From assembly GCF_006345805.1 (NCBI RefSeq), contig NC_043005.1, positions 66,092,001 through 66,156,000 on the forward strand: a stretch of DNA of 64,000 nucleotides, given 5' to 3'. A program made the translations under genes and the position numbers. This stretch comes from Octopus sinensis. Taxonomy: Eukaryota. How positions within the stretch are numbered: the first letter of the stretch is position 1; each line of letters opens with the position of its first letter. Below the pieces are notes generated by a model that was given only the letters and a program-made list of their open reading frames with translations, was not told where the DNA came from and ran no database searches. Of the stretch, positions 1 through 11,270 are shown in pieces.

Positions 1-399
1 TCTGTAAAGTGCGTCTCAAACAGATCACAGTATATGTCATTAATTGATGTACAAACTTTGAAAAATATTGATTTTTAAAAACTTTTGAAACTTGGGTTTG
101 AAAAAACGTTTGGATATTAATGGTTTGGACTCAGTTTTATGCTTTATAAGTTTATTGACTTATTTCAAGATATGTAAAAAAGGGAAAAAACAATGAAATA
201 AAACGCTTTTATTACTCTTTAGAAAAAAATCCCATTAGTGATGCTAATTTCTATTTTATTTTCTTCTTCAAATTGTGGCAGCTCCTGTAAGTTCCGAGGT
301 GCTCATTTCCAATTTATCTTCTGGCGAACGCCACCCTCTCTAAATTTGAATTAACATACGTAATCATCTGTATTTCTTCTTCATAAATTCCTTATCCCA

Positions 400-910
400 A
401 TGAAGCTGAAGTTCTCAGAAACTGTGGCCTGAACATCACTAAAGCCGGATATGGTGCTAATCTCAGACCATCCAAACAGGTCGTTTTGTTAGAACCCTCT
501 GTTCCCTGGGATGTTAAGATTAAGAGGAGGAAATATGCTGAGCTTTGGAGTTATGCCAAAGAATTGGGGGGCAGGCAAGGTGTGATCGCATCGAGGCAAG
601 GTGTTGAGAGTTTGCAGGCCAGTTCTTCTACAGAGCTTACAGTATACTCGGCATCACAAAGGTCAGTAGGCTTAAGGTTAGTAGGCTGAAGGCCGTCAGA
701 TTGGTTGTGGAGGCAGCAGAGATTGCTCCAAGGTGGCCACGGATCAGGAAGTGTGAGTCCTGGAAGATGCAGTGTTATCTAGTGTAGTGCTAGCTGGACA
801 CCACAAGCTGGGGTTTCATCAAATCCGCTTGGTTCACGTACGTGACTGTATTTGATGTTGAAAGATCTGAAGCACATAATAAGCCCAGGAAACATTATTG
901 ATTATATGTT
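400..910 (+). mobile_element. 3' end of HERO-clade non-LTR retrotransposon (restriction-like endonuclease C-terminus plus 3' UTR), decayed
   Basis: Frameshifted translation KLKFSETVA*TSLKPDMVLIS..SKQVVLLEPSVPW..KRRKYAEL..ARCDRIEARC*EFAGQFFYRAYSILGIT..EAAEIAPRWPRIRK matches the HERO RLE pattern (LRPDxVL..ELTVPWE..KY..GCRGFAGQS..EAAExASRWLW). It is followed by a HERO-type 3' UTR (GCTGGACACCACAAGCTGGGG..TGATGTTGAAAGATCTGAAGCAC). Confidence 0.8.
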
Positions 911-984
911 CTGGTATATCACGGGATGATGTATGGAAAAAACTGTCTTTTGCATCTCGGCATCATGTTCTATTTTGGTCATTA

Positions 985-1560
985 ACTTCATCATATGAAC
1001 GATCCTGCTTTAAATTCAAAAGACCTTCATAATCGAGGCTTACACTATGCGAATCAAAGCAATTTACTGATATTATCATTGCCGATTTTAGATCACTTGT
1101 AAACCAAGATGAGTGATTTCTGTTGCGACCCCTGTAACTCCACGAAAATGTTTTGCATAATGAGAAATTATATTTTTCTAAACAGCTCTCGTATTACTGG
1201 CTGTTACCTCACGCCGTGCTTCATTAATATTTTTCAATGCATTCTTAAGCTTCAAGTTCCTCTAAGATTAATTGCATTATCTCCCATTGTTATTTTTCGA
1301 TAGCTTTGACAAATAATTGAACTAATCTTCAAATAAAGGTTTGTAATCCACGTTTTCCTATTTAATCTCCAATAAACCATAGAGCATGCTTGCTGAACCT
1401 TTTAAGAGAATATGGATTTCCAATCGATAAATCAACAAGGAGTTTTAATTTTAAATGACCAGCAGCATTTCTATTCATTAAAAATGTTAGACAGTCATTA
1501 GCCTCTTTGAAATGAGGTTGCCATTTTCCTTCTTCGGTCAAGTAAATTTTATTTGATATT
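985..1560 (-). pseudogene. Highly decayed LINE ORF2 relic (AP-endonuclease end and linker, CR1/L2-like)
   Basis: Minus-strand frames with stops give ITMGDNAINL (APE GDFN-like motif) and SWFTSDLKSAMI (PWFTxxLK linker motif). Weak and fragmentary. Confidence 0.3.
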
Positions 1561-1655
1561 CATTTCTAAAACGATCCAGTTTCGTCAAATTTTTCAGCCA
1601 AAAAAAAAAAAGAAAAAAGGATAAAAGGAATGTTAATCATCAGTATCGTAATATA

Positions 1656-2165
1656 GGCGCAAACATAGCCGTGAGGTTAAGAAGTTCGTTTTATAACTAC
1701 GTGGTGTCGGGTTCAGTCCCACCGCGCAGACTTTGGGTAAACATTGTCTTCTACTATAGCTCCGAACCGGCCAATGCCTTGAGAAGGAATTTGGAAACTG
1801 TGTGTGTATACAGATATACATTTACACATACGCGCGGGAACACACACACACACACACATACACGCGCACACACACACGCACTCACGTACATATATATATA
1901 TATATATATATATACACTCACGTGTGTATGTGCATATGTATGTATGTATGTATGTGCATATTTTTGTGGTTAACTGCACCATCGCTTGAAATCAGTGTTG
2001 GTTTGTTTATATCCATGTAACTTTTCCGTTCGACAAGAAAAGCCCCGATAGAATAGGTACCAGACTTTTAAAAATTAAGTACTGAGATCAGTTTGATTGC
2101 CTAAACACTTCAAGGCGGTGCCCACGCACAGGCGCAGTCCAATGACTGAATCAAATAAATGGAAA
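1656..2165 (+). mobile_element. tRNA-head SINE, family A (internal CA/TA microsatellite)
   Basis: Box A/B-like head (GGTTCAGTCCCAC), body GTCTTCTACTATAGC, tail GACTGAATCAAATAAA. Many further copies in the window. Confidence 0.85.
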
Positions 2166-2547
2166 AAAAAAGTTATCAAAGTAATAAGTTATGTTTTTTA
2201 AAATGAATAAATTTCTCTCTGAAAATTGTTTGTTTCTCCTAATGTTTTATTAGAATTAGGGTGGCGAGTAGTTTCCCGTAAAATATAGGTATGGGTTCTG
2301 TGATTTTTGGAAAAAAACGTATGAGCGTGCTATGACGAATAAGTTCGGGATTCACTGTATTAGAAATAAAATACTAAGTGGTATCTCCACAAGAGGGCAT
2401 CACTACTGTTCTCTATAGAAGGAAACTATATTGACCGACTTATAGTACTTGTGTGCAGGCAGATTGAATGAGTCAGCAAATATTACCTATTTTGATCAAG
2501 GATACAGCGCAGATTCCTCTATAACTAGAGCAATCTGCGCTGTATCC

Positions 2548-2950
2548 GCGAATACAAGTGGCCGAAATCGGGTTCCCCCAAAGGGTCCTTGGAAGCAATG
2601 TTCCTCAATTGGATGCTTTACTCGGAAATCAGAGATCCGCTACATGTAGAACCGCTACTTCTCTAAATTGAGTGATTACAGCTCTGATATTACCAACATG
2701 TGGTAAGAATATCGCGGTAAAAAATTGCCCGACAAGTTTTACGGACGAAACAAACCGGCTAGAGACCCAGCGGTAGAACACGTGCAAGATGGTTGGATAA
2801 CATTCCATGAGCTCCATTAGCCTCGCTTGAAGATCCTGCCGGATCAATTGGAGACGGTTGGTTCTGACAGGATCCGATATAAGACATGCATGATGACACC
2901 TCCCCCACGACCTTCCCAGGAATAAAAAGGTAACGAAGATGAAATGAAAT
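2548..2950 (+). mobile_element. 5'-truncated RTE-clade LINE (Rex3/Expander-like) 3' end
   Basis: Translation RIQVAEIGFPQRV..EIRDPLHVEPLLL*IE*LQL*YYQHVVRISR*KIARQVLRTKQTG*RPSGRTRARWLDNI matches the RTE C-terminus (VEPLLLRIERSQLRW..RPRGRPRTRW). Confidence 0.75.
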
Positions 2951-3143
2951 ATTCGCTATGATAGATCGCTAGCAACTACACATTCTTTATGTTCTCTCCT
3001 TTTTTTTTGCTCTCCTTGTTTCTTTCTGTGGAAGAGCGTAGGCTCGAGACGTTAAAAACTTTTTCACTTCCTGAGCTAAATGCATCTGTTTGCTGTCTAC
3101 ATCACCTGTCTTCGTCTTTTGTTTTTTTTGTGAATTCTACCCC
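2950..3143 (+). mobile_element. Short Penelope-like terminal fragment with degenerate hammerhead motif
   Basis: TTTCTGTGGAAGAGCGTAGGCTCGAGACGTTAAAA (3023-3056). Same architecture as copies at 22.6 and 56.1 kb. Abuts (TA)n. Confidence 0.6.
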
Positions 3144-3200
3144 ACCCTATATATATAGATAAGAAAGTTGGTTTGTGAAAGCACGTGGGTGAATATATAA

Positions 3201-3838
3201 AAAATAGTAAAGAGTGAAAAAGCGACAGAAGGCTTAAATGTTAAAAAATATATATATTTGCGTCAATATGTCTGAAGAATATTAGAAAATTAAAAAAAAA
3301 AAATTTGCACACTGCATCGACAACAGATTGCATTCCCAGAATATAGAATGATATCTTTTAGTGAGCACATTGAGAAATGCGCAAAGCAACTACTACCACA
3401 ATTTTTAATCTTTCCATTTTACCAATGTGCTTTCGGATCATCAACACAAATTAGACTAAACAAGGAAACATTCTTCATTGAAAAGTACAAGCCCAGACTC
3501 AACCATCCGAACATACTGATACAGAGAAATTCACATTAAGGGAAAAGGAAAAAAAAATTTTAAGCGATTATCTCCCTTACACCGGAAGAAATCACCCACT
3601 ACCTTCCCTTATTTAGAACTCTCCGGAGCATAAGCACAAGGATAACTTTATTCAACATAAACATAACGTCACAAGAAATTTGAAAAGCTAAATGCGAAAC
3701 CGGTCTTCCTTTAAAAATTATGTCATTATAAGGGAAAAAAAATTTTTTAAAGAAATTTTCTAATATTCTTCAGACATATTGACGCAAATATATATATTTT
3801 TTAACATTTAAGCCTTCTGTCGTTTTTTCACTCTTTAC

Positions 3839-3844
<6 letters not shown>
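3201..3844 (+). mobile_element. Penelope-like element fragment: GIY-YIG endonuclease C-terminus flanked by 91-bp inverted arms
   Basis: Translation TLHRQQIAFPEYRMISFSEHIEKCAKQLLPQFLIFPFYQC..RLNKETFFIEKYKPRLN (about 3311-3539) resembles PLE GIY-YIG ends. 3201-3291 and 3754-3844 are reverse complements with 1 mismatch. Flanked by (TA)n. Confidence 0.8.
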
Positions 3845-3876
<32 letters not shown>

Positions 3877-4614
3877 TATATATATCCATACACGAATGCA
3901 TCTGTGAATACACAGGAACACACTCATACGTGCATATCTACATATACACTGGTATATAAACACACATGTAAATATACATTTATACGAACATGCATATACA
4001 TAAACACATATACATATACGCATACACGCATGCACACCTGTTCACATATATGATGTACTTGTTCCATTGTAAGGACAGCATTTTTCTGTCGTATATGCAC
4101 AAGACATTCTTATGTTAATGCTGTCCTCCGTCAATGGCAACACATAGGTGGTATTTAAAAATACATTACTTATGGATGAGTTGTATGACATCTCATATAC
4201 ATATATATTATCTAAAAGATAATTATCACATGTCTTACAAAGTAATTGTTGCGAAAATTAGTTATATATAAATTGAGATAAACGAAAGTGAAAAGAAATA
4301 CGTTATTGCAATGAATTGCAGCTTTGTTAAAGCAAGCAGAGAGATTTGTTATTAGAACTAGGAAAGAATTTAATGAAGTAAAAATGAATGAATGAATAAA
4401 TTAATGAACGTGTGGCGAATTTCGATCAGTAAAATGTAACTATTTCTCAAGCTGATTCACTGACCCATATTCCCGTATTGCTATACTGCATTCATGCTTG
4501 TAGTTATTCCATTTCATTTACGTTGTTAATCTCACTGGAGAAGTTATTTGAATGTCCTAATACCTATTTCTTCCTTGGTCACATTCAAGACGGATAATCG
4601 AAATTGACTATTTA

Positions 4615-4672
4615 AAAAAAATTATTATTATTATTATTATTATTATTGTTATTATTATTATTATTGTTATTA

Positions 4673-4704
<32 letters not shown>

Positions 4705-4803
4705 GCTATTATTATTGTTATTATTATTGTTATTGTTATTATTATTGTTATTATTATTATTGTTGTTATCATCATCATCATTATTATTATTATTATTATT
4801 ATT
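4615..4803. repeat. (ATT/GTT/ATC)n trinucleotide microsatellite
   Basis: Direct reading; explains the poly-Leu and poly-Ile ORFs. Confidence 0.95.
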
Positions 4804-5057
4804 AAAATGTCTTCGCTCGAGGTTGAAGACGGCAAAGCAGCAGAGTGATTACAGGGATTAAAATGTCAGATTGAATGTTTTTGGTAAGTTGTTCCAGCTA
4901 TCTGCAAACTGAGTTCAAATCCCACCAAAGTAAACTTTGCCTTTCATTCTTCCATGAGGATAAAATGAAGTACTAGCCAAGCATTGAGGTCGACGTACTT
5001 TACTAGTCCCCTTCCGACAGAACTACTGATGTTGTATCTAAATTAGAAGCATATATT

Positions 5058-5850
5058 AGTATAATCCTGCGCGCTTAAGCGAAAGCATGGTATTGTAGTC
5101 GTTCGTCTTAGTCTGTTTGTCTGTGTGTTGGCAAAATAATTGGAAAACGGCTGAACGGATTTTCACCCAAATTTAGCAGAAATACTCATTGGGTGAGTGG
5201 TTCGAACTCATTATTTTGGTTTGATTATATTCAAAACAGGCAGACGGGTAAATCAAATTATTTTTTCTTTGTTACATATGGATAAACGATAAGCAGGGGA
5301 AATAACGGATCTTTTTGGTTTGAATGGCAATTTTTTCTAGCGGCGTCATATGAAATTGTCACCCATAATTATGACCCTAGTATCGATCTATTGCATTTCA
5401 ATCTGTTTTAGGGTTAGGGTTAGTTAGGGTTAGGGGTGAGGGGGAAGGGTATCTTTTTTTCTTCAGAAATGTAAATAAACCCAATCTGTTTCTTAAACGA
5501 GGGATATATTCATACGGCACAGAATGTTTTTTCACCTCAATAGACGTCATTGATTGGTTGAAATTGCAGAAATTGAAGAAAAAAGCAACAAATATCTTAC
5601 AAACTATAGAATTTTCTCAATAAAGCCAAGAGAAAAAGATGTTTTATAAACACATTCTACCAGTATACGAAGTTTAAAAGTGTTTAGTTACGTGGAAATT
5701 ATTAAAAAAAACTGCCGTTCAAACCGAAAAGATCCGAAATAACTCTTGATGCAATTTTGTTGAATTATGAATTTGAGAATATATTTATTAACTTAGATTT
5801 TATTTTATCTGTGTGCGCGCGCAGGATATGCATCGCCCCCTTCAATAACT
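5058..5850 (+). mobile_element. HINE/DINE-like non-autonomous Helentron derivative
   Basis: 11-bp subterminal inverted repeats ATCCTGCGCGC (5064-5074) / GCGCGCAGGAT (5817-5827), GTCTGTTTGTCTGT tract, AACGGCTGAACGGATTTTCACCCAAATTT motif, T-rich flank. Confidence 0.55.
5296..5745. mobile_element. MITE nested in the HINE; contains TTAGGG repeats
   Basis: About 30-bp TIRs CGGATCTTTTTGGTTTGAATGGCAATTTTT / AAAAACTGCCGTTCAAACCGAAAAGATCCG; TTAGGG x4 at 5408-5435. Confidence 0.7.
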
Positions 5851-6299
5851 TTTTTTCCCATTATTTTTCAATGACTTCTCCTCAGAAGGAAAGTGGAAAA
5901 TTGGTTGAGTCGTTAGAGTGGTGGGTAGTATACCTTTGGGTAATTTTTCAGCTTTCCGAATTCAAATCTCGCCGAGTTTAACTCTGTTCCTCAAAGTTTC
6001 GGGGTTGATAAACAAAGTATCAGTCGAGGACTAGAGTCTGTTTTTCCCTCCATGTCTCCCACAAACTCTCACTTTCTCGGATGTTTTATAAAAACAGAAG
6101 AAAAATAAAAACATCCCTCTCCCCCTCCAGCCCCCTACAAAACAATAAGAAACGAAAGTAAATAGAAAATAGACATAAGTCAACAGAAATCACTTTTGTA
6201 TTCTCCCAGGAAAATTCTAGCAACAAATACATAGTGTTGCTTAAGAAAGTACACCAGAGATCGTTCATCAACCTGATGGTGCAAGCAAGTAAGAAAAAA

Positions 6300-6594
6300 G
6301 CCTGCCCTAGAGAACTTTTTTTTTCAGGATATCCGAGCAGGAAGAATCGTTACCGCGCTGGACAAAATACTTCGGGACGCCAGTCCATCGCAGCGTTACT
6401 CAAGAAAACAGGAAGAGAGAGTGAGAGAAAGTTGGGGCGAAAGAATACAACAGGGGTCACCCCCCCTCACGGAGCCTCGTGGAGCTTTAGGTATTTTCGA
6501 TCAATAAACACACACAACACCCGGTCTGGGAATCGGAACCACGATCCTCCGACCGCGAGTCCGCTGCCCTAACCACTGGGCCATTGCGCCTCCC
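6300..6594 (-). mobile_element. tRNA-derived SINE
   Basis: Minus-strand head GGAGGCGCAATGGCCCAGTGGTTAGGGCAGCGGACTCGCGGTCGGAGGATCGTGGTTCCGATTCCC (A and B boxes). Related to the copy at 12155-12450. Confidence 0.85.
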
Positions 6595-7887
6595 TTGTGT
6601 CTTTAGTAGAAAGAATTATTTAGGCAATATTTTAAATATTTCTTTCTCCTTGTTCTCATTTTCATTTTAGAAATTGCTTTAATTTTCATATTTTTTTTTA
6701 TTAAAAAAAATCATATTTACATTTTGTTGATTAGTATTATTTGACAGGAAGAAGGAGAAAAATTGATAAGCTGCAACTATAATTAGAAATGTAAGCCATC
6801 TGGATACCAAATACACTTGAAACATTCTAAGCAACGGTCCATTCCATGGTGAATGCTAAAAGATTGGTATGGTGGCATTATATCTCGTGCTATAGTAACA
6901 ACACAGCGATAAATTGGCCAGCTATGCTGGATTAATAAAAGGCCTATTAAAAAACCGTTACATTATGTCAGCAGCTTTCACAACTCAAACAAGTTGAACA
7001 TAATGGCTTTATTCAAATACTTCTGAAAACTCAATGAGAAAAGCAACAGTAACATATACATGAAATAATCAGCTACAAAATTTCGATATTAGAGGAGCAA
7101 AACACTCAACAAATAATGAGTTGGTTTCTGAATACATGTTAAAAAAACAAGTGCTGTCTAAAGAGATGTGATATCCTTCGTGAGTGTGAATTCTCCGAGT
7201 GGCTGCTCAACCAGCTAGAAATAGCAGCGAATTCTCCCTCAAATGAAGCCTAACGTTTTAAGCTAGGAAGGACAATATAGCTTTTGCTATAGTGTTTTAA
7301 AATAAGATGAGATAGTCATGGATGGAACTCAATTAGGGAATACCTGTGGCTAACAACAACAGCAACAGCCGTTCAAGAATTTGGACCTGGAGATCTCCAT
7401 TTCCCGCGACTTCGAGGGCCACCTCCCAGTGGTGTCAGGCGTCGACGAAGAGCTCTCGACTACAACAAGACGACCAAAGTGTTTTGTTTCAGGGTCTGGG
7501 GTCTCCCGCCCCTAAGCCCTAGACCATCACCTAATCACCCTTACCCGTCTTGTTGCTTAGCAACAACAACAGCAGCAGCAGCAATAGAAACAGCGACGAC
7601 AACAGGAACAAGAACCAGCACAATAACAACAAAAACACATAGGCGAACCGGAATTTAACACTCGCAGTGGTAGATCATTTACCTAACCTACAAAATCACA
7701 ATTGAGTGACGAGGGCCAAAGAATGACCAACGTTTAGTAGTCGTAGAACTTACCAGATGTCAAGAACAAAAAAAAAAATCCACTTGATTAATGATCATCG
7801 CTACAGATCACGTGACCTGAAAAATACGGTAAGGATTCAGAGAAGAGACACTGGCTTCGGTCGATACATTTGCGAACAGTTTCAAAA

Positions 7888-7945
7888 CAAAGGCATCGAC
7901 AGGTCGTTTCATTTAAGGCTTAATTAAATCTTCAGAATGTCTTTG
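7888..7945 (-). ncRNA. Hammerhead ribozyme relic (type I)
   Basis: Minus strand: CAAAGACATT-CTGAAGA-TTTAATTAAGCCTTAAAT-GAAA-C-GACCT-G-TC-GATGCCTTTG. Helix I pairs 9/10 and the core and GUC site are intact, but the G10.1-C11.1 closing pair of helix II is missing. Confidence 0.5.
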
Positions 7946-9566
7946 TGGTGTGCGCGCACGTGTATGCGTATGTGCGTACGCGTGCATATGCATGTGTGTG
8001 TATGTATGCATGAGTGTGTATGTATGCGTGTGCGTGTGTGTGTGTGTGTGTGCATGCACATGGGCGTAGCTTATTAAATTATGACTATATCAATTTCTTT
8101 TAAAGCGGCCTTTTCTCTTATTTTGCATTTGAAGTAATCATGCTCGAATGTTCACTGAGCTTTCAAAGTTTCGGTGACCCTCTCATTTATATTTTCAGAA
8201 TCAGAATATATGTTTTGGGGATTCTCCACTCCAGCTTTTGCTTTGGTTTAGTTCCTAGACTTCGGCTAAGTTGGGGTATCATAATTTTAGTCGATGATAT
8301 CGATCTCAGTACAAGCTTCCAATCTGGTTTATTTCATCGATTTTCAAATTTGCATGAAAGGACGCAACTCAAACAGTTTGCATCGGTAAGGGAAAATATA
8401 GATACACACACAGTTTCCGCCTACCATGTTCTACTCACAAGACTACAGTTGAAACCGAAAGGGCCGTGTTTGGGACCGAACTCGGAACCATGTATTTTCT
8501 TTTCTTAAACGCGCAGCAATATCAGTATCTTTATTATATGGTTAGCATAAAAATGCAAGTTCTGTCCAAATATAAATGCAAGCTCGTAGCAAACGCTAGG
8601 GCATAGAAAAAAATATCTTTATTGTGGTGAATGCCTAGAGTTGCAAATATTTTAAATAAAATGTATTAGGAAAATAACTAGCTTTTTAAAAAAATCCATT
8701 TTAATTTCCAGCATAAATAGGTAAATTTAGCATGTATCGTTAACCATAGTGGTTAATATAAATATATTGAATCAGTATATTCACAAATTACTTATACATG
8801 CATAGAAACATCGAATGTACGCACGTATATATGCAATCTCTTATAAAAATTCTATTCAGAAAGCCTTTTAATGTACTTCCACAAAAAGCAGCTTTACATA
8901 AAGAATTAATAGGATAAAATAAACATTATTTAATAACGAACGTTCAAATAAATTAGTAGATCAAATTATACAACAATTCAGAAACAGATTGAAAATCATA
9001 AAGGCAAAAGACAGTTTTGTAATAGCAAACAAACCATAAATAAAGAATATTATGTATGAAGCATACGCTTCCTGAATACACATTAGAACAATGATGAAAC
9101 AGATTATTTCACGCATTACAACTAACCATAAACGAGACAAAAATAGAGCCTCTGAGAGGTTCTCGTTTTGCTAGCAGTGATAGTCAAGTCTTCCTCAAAT
9201 CATCATAATTTACCGTCTTAGAAATGAAAGAAGCGTGTATCTAATATAACGTACTGCAGGAAACTTTGTACGTACAACACAGATGAGATGGTCACGGTTT
9301 GATGTCTTTTATGAGATGCCTGTCTTGATGTGGTTAACTTGGCGATAAATAACAACGAATTACTATTGGGAAGGGTTGTTAGAACATCGGGAAAATTGTT
9401 TTGAGTTATTTAGTTATGACCTTTTATATGCTGATTTCAAATCGAACCGCGGATAACTTTACTTTCATATTAAAATAAAGTAGCACTACTGGTAGAGTCA
9501 ACTTGGCTAAAAGGGACGTAACCACTATATATATCTCTGTTTTGGTAAGGTTATTTCAACAGACCT

Positions 9567-9868
9567 TATAGCCAGCACTGATTTTTACTACAACGTTTCT
9601 TATCGAGACATCAGATGTAAACAGACAGTGTCATCAAAGACAAAGGTGGGTAATGAGTGAATATGCCATACAGCAGTGTTAAGTTACTAGATATATGTAT
9701 GCGGTGGCTATATAAGCAATATGTTTGCAGGCAACAGTAGGTCAGTTGAGTGCTGAAGAAATGGCAACAAACCCCGATACGAAACGTTGTAGCAAAAATC
9801 TTCGATCACATTGGCTGATTACATCTGACGTCTCGAAACGAAACGTAGCAAAAATCAGTGCCAGCTAT
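9567..9868. mobile_element. MITE of about 300 bp with about 50-bp imperfect TIRs
   Basis: TATAGCCAGCACTGATTTTTACTACAACGTTTCTTATCGAGACATCAGATGTAA is the reverse complement of TTACATCTGACGTCTCGAAACGAAACGTAGCAAAAATCAGTGCCAGCTATA apart from a few changes. Confidence 0.65.
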
Positions 9869-9945
9869 AGAGTACTGCTGACGCAATAGATAGTGGTACC
9901 GACTTATGAAAAAATTTAGTATACCTTACAGTATATTATGTTTGC

Positions 9946-10195
9946 GTGGAGGCGCGTGGCTTAATGGTTAGGGTGTTGAACTCATGCTCGTAAGGTTGTG
10001 GTTTCGATTCCTGGACCGGACGTTGCGTTGTTTTCTTGAGCAAAACACTTCATTTCCACGTTGCTCCAGTCCACTCAGCTGGCAAAAATGAGTAATCCTG
10101 CGACGGACCGGCGTCCCGTCCATGTGGGGAATTTCTACGCCACTGAAACCTGGAAACCGGCCCTTATGAGCCTGGCATGGCCTGAGAAGGAACAT
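9946..10195 (+). mobile_element. tRNA-head CORE-like SINE
   Basis: tRNA-like head, then TTCTTGAGCAAAACACTTCATTTCCACGTTGCTCCAGTCCACTCAGCTGGCAAAAATGAGTA (CORE-type domain); tail shared with the 12.2-kb copy. Confidence 0.8.
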
Positions 10196-10349
10196 TTATT
10201 TTATTTATATTGTGTTTGCATAACGAAGTACCACGTACATACAAATCTTTAATATATATATGGATATTGTATTGAATACACGACTGTATTCGAATTTATC
10301 TTTAAGATAAGATTAAAAGATAGTCGTATATCTAATATAATATCTATAT

Positions 10350-10570
10350 GTAATGCGGCGAGCTAGCAGAATCGTTTACACGCCGAAATAAATGTTTTGC
10401 GGCAATTCATCCGTCTTTACGTTTTCAGTTCAATTTCCACGGAGGTTGATTTTGTTCTTTATTCTTTTGGGGTCGATAAAACTAGTACCAGTTGAACATT
10501 GCGGCCGATGAAATCAACTTATTTCCTTCTCTGAAATTGTAGGCCTTGTGCTAAAATTAGAAACCAATAT
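10350..10570 (+). mobile_element. Older Nin/Deu-domain SINE
   Basis: GCGGCGAGCTAGCAGAATCG head; GAGGTTGATTTTGTTCTTTATTCTTTTGGGGTCGATAAAACTAGTACCAG (Deu/Nin-like domain). Confidence 0.75.
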
Positions 10571-10618
10571 AATAATATATGGATGTATGTACACACACAG
10601 AGAAGGGGAGAGAGACAG

Positions 10619-10679
<61 letters not shown>

Positions 10680-10890
10680 AGCGAACAAGACTGAAGAATT
10701 TAAGAATTTGCTCTCAAATCATTTAGTTATAGCGACCTTTCACGTGTTTCAGCGAAAATTGAAGCATCAAATTACTTAAACATTGGCCCGATGTAATTAA
10801 TTACATGTTAACATTATCAAAGTTGAATTCAGAAACTGAGTGTTTCTTGCTGGTCCTCTATCTATCGGTCTATCTATCTATCTATCTATA

Positions 10891-11270
10891 AACGAGCAAA
10901 ACGCCCCCCGTCCAATGGACGGTGCTAAGTTGTCAAACATTTAAACCAAATTTTCTCAAAACAACTTGTCCGACCGTCCCATAGGCCTCCCCTTTGAGAA
11001 ACACTGATTTAACCTAGATTTTAGACACCAGCAAAAGAAGAAATAAAGATTGACTTTTTTATATTCCTAGAAAAACGAGATTTTACAAGTGCACGTTCCC
11101 ACAGCTTTATCGAGCGTATTCTCACTTGGAATCGATTTTTGTAATTTTTTCAAGACTTATACACGCCCTGATACCGTCGGTATCTACATATCAAATTTGA
11201 GCGCAATCGGATGGAGGATGCCCGAGATCCTAGAAGACACACACAGACAGAACGGATTTTATATAATAGA
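10891..11270 (-). mobile_element. Non-autonomous Helitron-like element
   Basis: Subterminal hairpin CCGTCCA-A-TGGACGG (10908-10922) near a degenerate CTAG end; other end ACAGACAGAACGGATTTTATATAATAGA (5'-TC on the minus strand). Confidence 0.5.

Noticed and set aside
5408-5435. TTAGGG repeats as a telomere or fusion site
   Set aside because: Only four units, and they lie inside a TIR-bounded MITE.
6520-6594. tRNA-like sequences here and at about 9950, 12400 and 16380
   Set aside because: They are SINE heads continuing into SINE bodies, without an intact cloverleaf.
7400-7556. GC-richer structured segment with a 10-bp inverted repeat (CAACAAGACG/CGTCTTGTTG) and HDV- or hammerhead-like pieces
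   Set aside because: No P2 partner for an HDV fold. The hammerhead reading needs a doubly mutated core displaced about 17 nt from helix I. Left unassigned.
9567-9868. CTGAYG...GAAACG motifs in the MITE TIRs and CTGAAGA...GAAACGTTGTA at about 9755-9790
   Set aside because: A9 is missing or helices I and II cannot form; treated as TIR sequence only.
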